64,000 nucleotides of DNA from the NCBI GenBank assembly GCA_049840735.1, contig JASGJN010000020.1, forward strand, positions 1 through 64,000. The letters are read 5' to 3'. Both the position numbers and the translations under genes were made by a program. The notes under the pieces were generated by a model. It searched no databases. It was not told the origin of the DNA and was given only the letters and a program-made list of their open reading frames with translations. The stretch is from Anaeromyxobacter sp. Its GTDB lineage: Bacteria > Myxococcota > Myxococcia > Myxococcales > Anaeromyxobacteraceae. Positions 13,450 to 23,905 of the stretch are shown here, in pieces; the first letter of the stretch is position 1; each line of letters begins with the position of its first letter.

Positions 13450-16400
13450 ATGGCCAACGCCCGCGTGCTCGTTGCCGTCCTCGCCCTGCTCGCCGCCTCG
13501 TCCGCCGCCGCCCAGAACCTCCGGGTCGTGGCGGTCCCCTGGGTGGACACCGATCCGAGCATCCCGCACCTCGCCTACAACGGGCACGCCACGACGTTCA
13601 AGGCCATCGCCCGCGGCGGAAACGGCACCTACGTGGTCGAGTGGGACTTCCAGGGAGACGGGGTCTACGACCTCGGCTCCAGCACCACCAACCGCTACAA
13701 CCTCTCCGCGCGCTTCACCTACCCGAACCAGGCGGCGACCACCACGTTCTGGGCCAGGGTCCGCGTGACCTCGAACGGGCAGACGGTGATGGCGACGTAC
13801 CCGGTCCGCGTCGAGGCCGACGTCCCGTCCAACCCTTCCCTCGCCACCGCCCGGCAGCTGCAGGTGATGCGCAACGTCGCCATCGACGACGGGCTCTGGT
13901 ACCTGCACAACCAGCTGATCCGCTCGGGCAACGAGGAGGACCCCCTGCTCGGCGCCCAGCTCCAGGGCTACGTCAGCGCGTCCTACTCCACCATCGGCAG
14001 CGCCGAGTTCCTCGAGGCGCTCTGCATGAACGGGCACGCGCCGGCGTTCCCGGCCGCATACCTCGGGGCGATGCCGGACGCCGCGGCGAACACCGCCCGG
14101 TGGAACAACGATCCGTACGCCGAGGACGCCGCGCGCCTGGTGAACTTCCTCCTCGCCAGGGCCAGCGTCGTCAGCGTGAGCGCCGCGGACGAGGCCAACC
14201 TGGTCGGCTTCTATCCGGAGGTGACCTCGACCCCGATTGCCGGCAGCGACGACGGGATTGGCCTCTGGATCGGAGCCGCCCCGGGCGACCTGACCACCGG
14301 GCCGCACTCGAACGCGCTCCGCGGCCTGGCCCGCGCGCACCTCGCCGGCTACGTGGCGCAGGTGGGCGACTCGAGCCGGGTCCTCGGCCGGCCCATCGAG
14401 CTCATCATCCAGCAGCTGGTGGACGCGCTGGTGTGGGCCCAGAGCGAGACGGGCCAGCCGGGGAGCTGGTACTACACCCCGAACTCGACCGCCGACATGC
14501 TCGGGGAGTACGCGGGCGGCGTGCTCGACGCCGAGGAGGCGCTCCTCGTCGCCGAGCGGAACATGGGGGACGCGGGCGTCATCGTCCCCAACCTGGCCAA
14601 GGCCCGCCTGGCGGCCTACATCCTGCAGAGCCAGAACGCCTGCGCGACCGGTGGCATCGGCGGCTCGTACGTGGCGGCGTCGACCGTGTGCGACTTCGCG
14701 CTGTCCGCCGCGAACCTCGTGACCTGGGGCTGGCTGGGGGCGAACCAGCACCCGGCGACGGACACGCGGATCGCCTTCCCCTCGCACAACGGGTACACCT
14801 TCGGCCAGCTCCGGACCGCCTACGACGGGGTCCTGACCTTCATCGGCAATACCTTCAACTCCACCGCCCCGGGCCTCAACAACTGGGACATCGGGTTCGT
14901 GCCCGGCGGCGACTTCTCCCGCGTCGACGGCACGGGCGACCTCTGGTCGATGCTCCACTGGAGCCGCGCCGCGCGGTCCGTCGAGCCGCCCATTGCAAGC
15001 TTCGGGATCAACGACCACGCGCGGCTCTTCTCCGGCTACCTCATCCGGAACCAGGCCTCGACCGGCGGGTGGAGCTGGGTGTTCTCGACGATGAACAACC
15101 ACAACGACAACATCGTCGGGGCCGAGGTCCGGGCGGCGTGGGCGATCATCACGCTCTCCGGCGAGGACGGCGTCGCGCCGGTGGCCTTTGCCTCGGCGTC
15201 GGTGACGACCGCGTCCGAGGGCACCACCATCGACTTCACCGGCGAGAGCAACGTCGCGGGCGCGGCGACGTACCAATGGAGCTTCGGCAACGGCCAGACC
15301 GGCGAGGGGAAGCAGAATCGCCTACGCCTTCCCGGACAACGGGAGCTTCAACGTGCAGCTCCTCGTCATCACGTCCGGAGGGACGTCGGCCTACACCCTC
15401 CCCGTCACCATCACCAACGTCGCCCCGGCCCCCTCAGCCGGCCCCGACCTCGTCACCGACGAGGGGGCTCCGGTTTCCTTCTCCGGGAGCTTCGTGGACC
15501 CGGGCAGCGCGGACACCTGGATCTCCTCCTGGAGCTTCGGCGACGGGCGGACCGCCTCCACGGCCGCGGCCTCCAACACCTACGTCGACCAGGGCGTCTT
15601 CAACGCGTCCTTCCGCGTCACCGACGACGACGGCGCGACCGCCACCGACTTCGCCACCATCACCGTGCGCAACGTGGCCCCCCGCATCCTCTCGACGCCG
15701 CCGACCAGCGTCGTCGAGGGTTCCGCGTTCTCCTACCCGCTGGCCTTCGCCGATCCGGGCGCCCAGGACACCCACACCTGCACGGCGCCGGTCAAGCCGG
15801 CCAGCGCGACGCTCACCGGCTGCACGCTCCAGTGGACCCCGGCGGTCGGCGAGCTGGCCGCGCCGGCCCCCATCACCCTGTGCGTCACCGACGGCGACGG
15901 GGCCCCCACCTGCCAGCCGTTCGAGGTTACCGTGATCGCGCTCGACGCCGACGGCGACGGCCTGCCTGACAGCTGGGAGGCGCACTTCTTCGGTGGGCTC
16001 GGGCAGGGCCCCGAGGACGACTACGACCACGACGGCCTCACGAACGCCGAGGAGCTCTCCCTGGAGACGGATCCGACCGCCTGGGACGGCCCCGGGCTCC
16101 CCGTCGTCCTCGCCCCCTCCTGCGGGTCGAGGCTCGCGACGGAGCAGCCGTCCCTCGTGGTCGGGAACGCCCTCGACCCGCACGACATCGCGAGCGTCTA
16201 CCAGTTCGAGGTCTACGATCAGGCCTCGCCTGCGACCCCGGTGGCGACCTCGGGTGACGTCCCTGCCGGCCCCGGGTACACCGCCTGGAGCATCGCCGCG
16301 TCCCTCCAGGAGGATCACACCTACGTCTGGCGTGCCCGCGCCGGCGACGGCGTGGCCTTCGGCGGGTGGAGCCTCAGCTGCTCGTTCGTGGTCGACGCGG

Positions 16401-16924
16401 TAGCCGGCCACCGAGAGCTGACCGTCACGGACGACGTGGTGGGGTCCGCCTGCGACGCCTACGGGAACGGTGGACAGCGGGTCCTCAGCGGAATCGACGA
16501 CGGCGCCGGCGGCGGAACGGCCGACGACGGACAGCTCCAGCCCGGCGAGGTGCGGTCCACCACCATCATCTGCAACGGAGGGGACGGCGGCCCCGGCCAG
16601 CCCGGCACGGACGGAAACGCCGCGCTGGTGGTGACCGACGACCTGGTGGGCTCGGCGTGCGACGCCTACGGCAACGGTGGACAGCGGATCCGCACCGGCC
16701 TCGACGATGGTGACGGCGGCGGCATCGCCGGCGACGGCGTCCTCCAGGCCGGCGAGGTCGAGTCGACCACGATCGTCTGCAACGGGAGGGACGGCGCGCC
16801 GGGCGCGCCGGGCGGGAGCAGCGGCGGCTGCGGGACCGTGCCGGGCACCGGATCCGCCTGGCCGTTGCTGCTCATCCTGGCCGCGTTCCTGCGGCGGCGA
16901 GCGGCGCCATCGCGGCCGTGTTGA
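13450..16924 (+). CDS. Large secreted surface protein: signal peptide, Ig/PKD-like domain, alpha/alpha-toroid (QW-repeat-like) domain, PKD/Ig repeats, DxDxDG motifs, two Cys/Gly repeats and a MYXO-CTERM-like anchor (frameshift at ~15317)
   Basis: ORFs 13450..15969 and 15353..16924 join at CAGAATC. Signal peptide LVAVLALLAASSAAA; PKD motifs WDFQGDG, WSFGNG, WSFGDG; Q..GSW and NQ..GGW motifs; DADGDGLPDSWE; C-terminus GGCG...AWPLLLILAAFLRRR. Confidence 0.8.
16424..16787 (+). repeat. Intragenic tandem repeat, two copies with a 207-nt (69-aa) period
   Basis: VTDDVVGSACDAYGNGGQR...GEVRSTTIICNG (from 16424) and VTDDLVGSACDAYGNGGQR...GEVESTTIVCNG (from 16631). Confidence 0.85.
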
Positions 16925-16970
16925 CGCAACCGGCGGTCCACCTGGGAGGGCGCCTGCTGGGCTGAGCCTC

Positions 16971-17642
16971 TCAGCTGCCGGCGGGCGCCTTCCGCCCGCC
17001 CGTCGCGAGCCTCAGCGACGGATACCTCCGCGCCCGCGCGAACGCCGGCACCCGCGTCGGCCGGTGGCGCCAGCCGTTCACTATCAGCGCGAGCCGCAGG
17101 CCAGTAGCCCGCGCGATCGGCTCGGCGGGCACGCACCCGTCGGCGTCCAGCACGCCGTGGGTGGCGCTGCCGCGGATGAGCGCCAGCCGGTTCGGCCAGG
17201 GACGGACCAGGTCGGCGTCGAGCGGGTCGGGGGCGCAGGCCGGGCGCGCGGGATTGGGGGCCGCCTCGGTGACGGCGAGGAGCCCGCCGCGGCAGCGGTT
17301 GAGGAAGAGCACGGAGGTGAAGGCCGGGTGGACGACGCGTCCCGTGGCCCGGTAGAGCCGCTCGTCCAGGTCGCGGTGGAAGTCCACCCGGACGTCGCTG
17401 GTCCGCATCCGGGAGAGCCACCACTCGACCCCGGCCAGCCCGCGGAGCGGCAGGCGGGGCGCGAGCGCCAGGATGGCCAGCTCGGGGAGCGCGCTCGGAG
17501 CGCCCAGCTCGAACCAGAAGGTGGTCTGGTAGGTGGTGGCGAGCCCCTCGGTCCCGAGCGCGCGGACGGCAGCCGCCAGGCGGGCGTGGAGGGACGCCGG
17601 CAGGACCCGGTCCTGCACCTGCACCAGCGGGCGGGTGGGCAC
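16971..17642 (-). CDS. 2OG-Fe(II) oxygenase family protein
   Basis: HxD motif (FHRDLDE), SVLFLN..GGLL, P.PNRL.L..G...HGV (distal His) and a 2OG-binding Arg candidate in RLALIVNGW. Confidence 0.7.
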   Translation of the reverse strand: MPTRPLVQVQDRVLPASLHARLAAAVRALGTEGLATTYQTTFWFELGAPSALPELAILALAPRLPLRGLAGVEWWLSRMRTSDVRVDFHRDLDERLYRATGRVVHPAFTSVLFLNRCRGGLLAVTEAAPNPARPACAPDPLDADLVRPWPNRLALIRGSATHGVLDADGCVPAEPIARATGLRLALIVNGWRHRPTRVPAFARARRYPSLRLATGGRKAPAGS

Positions 17643-17728
17643 CCTCGACAGATAGCGCGCGGCCGGGCCAGCCGCCAGCGACGGCGCTCCGCGCCCCCCT
17701 CCGCCTGGACCGCCTCGCGCCGGGTAAG

Positions 17729-18376
17729 ATGGAGCCCGTGAGGCCCCTGCCGCCCAGCTCGAGCGCCCTCGCCGGCGCGGCCACGCTGCTGCGCGCCGTG
17801 GCGGGCGCAGACGTCTGGCGCATCGACCTCGACGCCGAGGTGGAGGGCGCCGCCTCCCTCCTCGACGAAGCGGAGCGCGTCCGCGCCGCCCGCTTCGTCT
17901 TCGAGCGGGACCGGCGGCGGTTCGTGACCGGGCGGGCCGCGCTGCGGACGGTGCTGGCCGCCTGCGCGGGCGTGAGCGCGGCGGGCCTCTCGTTCCACCA
18001 CGGCCCGCACGGCAAGCCCTCCCTGCCCGGCGGGCCCCCGTTCAGCTTCTCCCACTCGCAGGGCTGCGGCCTCCTGGCGGTCGGGGGCGGGCGCGAGCTG
18101 GGGGTGGACGTGGAGCGGATCCGGACCGTCCCCGAGGCCGCCGAGATCGCGCGCTCCGTCTTCGACGCCGCGGAGCAGGCGGCCTGGGCCGCTGCCGGGG
18201 GTGACGCCGGCGCCGGGTTCCTGCGGCTCTGGACGCGCAAGGAGGCGGCGCTGAAGGCGATGGGCGTGGGGCTGGGAGGGCTCGACGGCGGCATCGACCC
18301 GCGCCGGACGGTCGAGGTCCTGGATCTGGAGCTGGACGCCGACCACGTGGCCGCGCTGGCCTGGCTGCGGGGCTGA
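17729..18376 (+). CDS. Sfp-type 4'-phosphopantetheinyl transferase
   Basis: LDEAERVRAARF, HGKP, FSFSHS, LGVDVE, WTRKEAALKA.G.G; adjacent to the PKS/NRPS cluster. Confidence 0.92.
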   Translation: MEPVRPLPPSSSALAGAATLLRAVAGADVWRIDLDAEVEGAASLLDEAERVRAARFVFERDRRRFVTGRAALRTVLAACAGVSAAGLSFHHGPHGKPSLPGGPPFSFSHSQGCGLLAVGGGRELGVDVERIRTVPEAAEIARSVFDAAEQAAWAAAGGDAGAGFLRLWTRKEAALKAMGVGLGGLDGGIDPRRTVEVLDLELDADHVAALAWLRG

Positions 18377-18498
18377 GGCTCCCGGCCGCCGGGCCGCGGT
18401 CAGCCGGCCCCGGCCCCGGCCGGCCTCCCCGCGCTCAGAGCGCGTGAATCAATGCGCATCGGCCGCCCGGCGACGGGAGGGGATTGCTTCACGTGCGC

Positions 18499-21400
18499 TC
18501 AGGCCGAGCGGTGACGCTGGAGCGGCGCCTCCTCGGCGTGGGCGATGGCGTCCTCGACCTGCTGCGCCAGGATCTGGACGTTCGGCTCGCGCATCACCGT
18601 GTCGTGGTCCCCCGGCACCTCGCGGGCGTCCACGCCCTGGAGCGCGAGCGGCCCCCAGCCCAGGTCCGGACCTGGATCCCGCAGGTACTCGTAGCCGCCG
18701 TCGCGGGCGCGGAAGACGGCCACGCGGCCGGCGTACGGCGCCAGGGCGTAGCGGGTCATGGCCAGGTAGAACTCGCGGGTGAGCCAGAAGTCGCGGAGCG
18801 CGAACGGCACGGCCCGCCCCAGCGCCGTCCGGAGCCAGACCCGGGCCCGGAGGCACTGGTACAGGGCGTCGCGCGAGAGCTTGGCCCGGAGCTTCCCGAG
18901 CACCTGGCGGGGAGTGCCCTCCCGCAGCAGCCGCAGCCAGCGCTGCCGGCGCGTCTCCTTGAACGAGATGCCGGGCCAGTAGAGATCGATGATGCCGAGG
19001 AACCTGACCTGCTCCCCGGCGGCGCCCAGCCGCTGGGCCATCTCGTAGGCGACCAGCCCGCCGCCGCAGTAGCCGCTCAGGTAGTAGGGCCCGGCGGCCT
19101 GCACCGAGCGGAGCTCGGCCAGGTACTCCTCGGCCATGGCCTCGATGCTGGTGTGGGGCGGGGTCTGGCCGTCGAGCCCGCGCGCCTGGAAGGCGTAGAA
19201 CGGGCGATCCGGCGAGAGGTGGCGGGCCACGTCCTGGAGGTTCAGCACGTTGCCGCCCGCGCCGTGCACGCAGAACAGCGGCGGGAGCCGCCCCTCGCAC
19301 CGCATGGGGACCAGGCGCGCGAAGCCGCGGTCGGGCGGCGCTGCGTCCCGCGCCGGACCCCGCGGCGCCTGGCGCTGGTCGATCAGCGCCGCCAGGTGCT
19401 TGATGGTCGCCCCCTCGAGGAGCGCAGCCATGGGCAGGGTCACCGCGGTGGCCTTCTCGATCCGGGCGAACAGCCGCGTGGCCAGCAGCGAGTGGCCGCC
19501 CAGCTGGAACCAGTCGTCCTGCACGCCCACGCGCTGGACGCCCAGCAGCTCGGCCCAGATGCCTGCCAGCGCCTTCTCGGTCGCGCTGACCGGCGGCTCG
19601 TAGGTGAGGGCGTCGTCCGGCCGGCCCTGCGCCGCCTCCGCGGTTCTCGGAGGCCCCGCCCTGCCCTTCCGCCCCGGAGCGGCCGTCCTCGGCCGAGACC
19701 GGGTGGCGGGCCCGGAAGGTCACCTGGACCAGGTCGAAGGGAGCGACCACGACGCGCGGCAGCCTGGAGGCGAGCGCCCGCGCGAAGGCGTCGGCGCCGG
19801 AGGCAGCGGGGAGGCCGGAGCGGAGCAGCTCCTCCCGCGCCCCGCGCCGCTCCTCGCCGCCCACCGCCCGGCTGGCCATCCCCACGTCCCGCCAGGCGGC
19901 GAAGTCCACGGCCACCACGCGCCGCCACCCGGCGGGCCGCCGGGTGGAGAGCGGGAACGCGTCCAGCACCGCGTTGGCGGCGGCGTAGTCGGCCAGCCAG
20001 GGGCTGGCCACCACGGCGCTGATCGAGCCCAGCAGGGCCACGAAGTCCAGCGGCGCATCGCCCAGGAGCTCCACCAGCACCGCCAGCCCGTCCACCTTGG
20101 GCGCGAGCACGCTGCGCACGTCGCTCGCGTCCTTGCGCGAGGCCGCCCGGACGTTTCCCGGGATCCCGGCGCCGTGGATCACGCCGTCGATGCGCCCCCA
20201 GCGCGCGCGCGCCTCGGCCACCACCCGGCGCATGGCGCCCGCGTCGGCGGCGTCCGCGGCCAGCGTCAGGACCTCGGCGCCGGCCGCCTCCAGCTCCCGC
20301 ACGGCGCGGAGCTGCGTGGCGATCCGATCTCCGGCGGGGTGGCTGGCGAGCCAGGCGTCCCACTCCTCGCGCGGACGCAGCGGCGTCCGCGCGGTGAGGA
20401 CCAGCCGCGCGGCGCACGCCCGCGCCAGCCAGGCGGCCAGCGTCAGGCCGACCCCGCCCAGCCCGCCGGTGACGAGGTACACGCCCTGCTTCCGCAGCGG
20501 CAGCTGCTCCAGCGACGGCGGCCCGGACCTGAGCCGCTCCAGCCGGCGGACCCAGCGGCGCCCACCGCGCCAGGCCACCTCCACCTCGAGGTCCGGCGCG
20601 GCCGCCTCGGCGACCAGCGCCTGGGCAGCGGCCACGGCCGCCGCCCGGCCCCCGCGCTCGACGTCCACCAGCCGGAGCCGCAGGTCCGGGATTCCGGTGC
20701 CGAGCGTGAGGACCGGCCCCAGCGCCAGCGCCGAACCGGGCCGGCTGGCCGGCTCGTCCACCACGCTGGCCAGCCCCTCCACCCCCACCACCACCCGGAC
20801 CGGCGCCCCGGGCGCGGGCTGCAGCGCAGACCCCAGCGCCACCAGCGCGTGGTAGCCCAGGGTCTCGGCCGCGCGGTCGCCGGCGTTGCGAGGCCCGGCG
20901 TCCCCGGCCAGCCACAGGCACATGGCCCCGCGCACCTCGCCCCCGCCCTCGCGGACGGCCCGCACCACCTCGGCCAGGTCCTGGCCCACCTCCGGCCGCA
21001 CCCGGAAGCGAGCAGGCCCGAGCCGCGCAGGCGCCGTGCCCGGCTCCACCCGCACCACGGCGGCCCCGGCCTCGCGCGCGGCCCGGCTCACCGCCGCGGC
21101 CAGCCGGCCTTCGCGGCCCAGGACGAGCCAGATCCCCTCGAGGCGCCCGGCCGCTGGCGCCGCGTCGTCCCGGAGCCAGCCCGGCGCGTACAGCCAGTCG
21201 CCCGGATTCGGCGCTGCTGCGGCCGGCGGCCAGCGACGAACCCGCGCTTGCCTCCGGCGCAGCGTCCACCCAGAACCGCTTGCGCTCGAACGGATAGGTG
21301 GGGAGCGGCACGCGCCGCGGGGCCTCGCCCTCGTGCCACGCCGCCCAGTCCAGCTCGGCGCCGCCCAGCCAGAGCCGGCCGGCGGCCTCCAGGACCGCCT

Positions 21401-23905
21401 CGTCCTCCCGCCGCTCCTCGCGTGGATGCGCCAGCGAGGCGATGGCCCTCGCCCCCTCCTTCCCCAGCGTCAGCCGGGCCAGCGTGGTGAGCGTGTTCCC
21501 GGGGCCGACCTCGAGCAGGAGGGGCGCCCCGGCCGCGGCCACCTCCCGCACGCCGTCCTCGAAGCGCACGGCCCGCCTCAGGTGCTCGGCGTAGTAGGCG
21601 GGCGAGGTGGCCTGCTGCGGCGTGATCCAGTCGCCGGTCACGTTGGAGACGTAGGGCAGGCGCGGGGGCGAGAGCCTCACCTGCTCCAGCACCGCGCGGA
21701 AGGGCGCCAGCGCCGGCTCCATCATGCCGGAGTGGAAGGCGTGGGAGGTGCGCAGGGGGCGGCCGTCCACCCCGCTCGCGGCGCACCGCTCCAGGAGCCG
21801 CGCCACCGCCTCCGCCGGGCCCGAGACGGTGCACAGGCCGGGGGCGTTGATGGCCGCGACCTCGACGCCCGGCACCTCGGCCAGCAGCGGCGCCAGCTCG
21901 GCCGCCGTGAGCGGGACGGCCGCCATGGCCCCCGGCGCCATCGACTGCATCAGCCGCCCGCGGGCGGCCACCACCGCCAGCGCGTCCTCCAGCGACAGCA
22001 CGCCGGCCAGGTGGGCGGCCACGTACTCGCCCAGGCTGTGGCCGATCATGGCGGAGGGGGTGACGCCCCTCGCCATCCAGATCCGCGCCAGCGCCAGCTC
22101 GGTGACGAACAGCGCCGGCTGGGTCCACCGGGTCTGGTGGAGCAGCTCCTCGCCCGCCGGCTCGAACAGCACCTCCCGCAGGTCCCGGCCCAGGTGGCGC
22201 TCGAGCAGCTTCGCGCACCGATCGACCACCTCCCGGTAGGCGGGCTCGGCCTGGTAGAGGCCGCGCCCCATCCCCAGGTGCTGGCTCCCCTGGCCGCTGA
22301 AGAGGAAGGCCACCGGGCGGGCCGCGCCGGGGGCCTGGCCGGCCAGGACCGGCGCCTCCCGCGGACGCTCCAGCGCCGCCGCGGCCGCGGTCGCGTCGCG
22401 GGCCACCACCGCCCGCCGGTGCGGGAACGGCTTCCGGCCGGCCTGCAGCGTCCAGGCGACGTCGGCGAGCCGCTCCTCGGGGTGCGCGCGGAGGTGCGCG
22501 GCGAGGTTGGCGGTCGCCTGGTCCAGCGCGGCCTCGCTGCGGGCCGAGACCACCAGCAGCTGGGCCTCGCGCTGCGCAGGGGCCGGCCCGGCCGGCGGCG
22601 CCTCCTCCAGCACCACGTGCGCGTTGGTCCCGCCGATGCCGAACGAGCTCACCCCGGCGCGGCGCGGGCGGGCGGGAGCCGCGGCCCAGGGCTGGGCCAC
22701 GGTGGGCACGGTGAAGGGGCTCGTCTCCAGGGCCAGCTGCGGGTTGGGCCGCTCGAAGTCCACCAGCGGCGGGAACTCGCGGTGCCGGAGCACCAGCGCC
22801 GCCTTGATGAGGCTGGCGACGCCGGCGGCCGCGTCGAGGTGGCCCAGGTTGGCCTTGAGCGAGCCCAGCCGGCAGATCCCCACCGCCTGGGTGGAGGCCC
22901 TGAACACCTGCGTCAGGGCGGAGATTCGATGGGGTCCCCGAGCGGCGTCCCGGTCCCGTGCGCCTCCAGGTAGCCGATGGTGGACGGGTCGACGCCGGCC
23001 AGCGCCTGCGCCGTGGCGATGACCTCGATCTGCCCCTCGACGCTGGGGGCGGTGTAGCCGGCCTTGCCAGCGCCGTCGTTGTTGACCGCTGCCCCCAGGA
23101 TCACGGCGTGGATGGTGTCGCGGTCGGCCACCGCGTCCTCCAGCCGCTTGAGCAGAACCACGCCGGCGCCGGCGCCCGGCCGGATGCCCCGGCCCGCCTG
23201 GTCGAAGGGCCGGCACCGCCCGTCCGGCGAGAGGATCATGCCCTCCTCGTGGAGGTACCCGGCCCGCTGCGGGAACGGGATGGCCACGCCGCCGGCCAGC
23301 GCCATGTCGCACTCGCCGGCCTGGAGCGCCCGGCAGGCGGTGACCACGGCCACCAGCGAGGTCGAGCAGGCGGTCTGGATGGTCAGGCTGGGCCCGCGCA
23401 GGTCGAGCCGGTAGGAGACCCGCGTGGCCAGGAAGTCCTTGTCGTTCCCGACCATCAGCTGGTAGCCGCCCACCAGCGAGAGGAAGCCCGGGTTGGCCTG
23501 GAGCTGGCGCAGCAGGTAGCTGTTCATCCCGGCGCCCGCGTAGACGCCGACGGCCTGCCCGGCGCAGTCGCCGGCGTGGCCGCCGTGCTCCAGCGCCTCC
23601 CACGCGGTCTCCAGGAAGACGCGCTGCTGCGGATCGAGGACCTGGGCCTCCCGGGGCGAGAAGCCGAAGAAGGCGGCGTCGAAGCGATCCGCCTCCTCCA
23701 GCACCGTGGCGCGCCGGACGTAGCGCGGATCGGCGCGCTCGGCCGGATCGACGCGGGCCGCCTCCAGGTCGGCGTCGGTGAGCTCGGTGATGGACTCGAC
23801 GCCGTCGCGGACGTTGCGCCAGAACCCCTCGAGGCCGCGGGCCCCGGGGAACCGTCCAGCCATGCCGATGACGGCGATGGCCGCTGGGCGCACGTCCTCA
23901 GCCAC
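18499..23905 (-). CDS. Terminal PKS module H: KS(post-NRPS type)-AT(malonyl)-KR-carrier-TE with Cys nucleophile (frameshifts at ~22925, ~21207, ~19645)
   Basis: ORFs 22913..23905, 19440..23603, 18449..21091 and 18499..19530. KS: GNDKDFLATR, IQTACSTSL, HGTGT, GHLDAAAG. AT: GHSLG, HAFH. KR: GGLGGVG, DYAAAN. Carrier: WFQLGGHSLL. TE: FCVHGAGG, GYCGG, PGDH. Confidence 0.9.

Noticed and set aside
16971..17642. 2OG-dependent halogenase
   Set aside because: The iron motif is HxD (HRD), not the HxA/HxG of halogenases.
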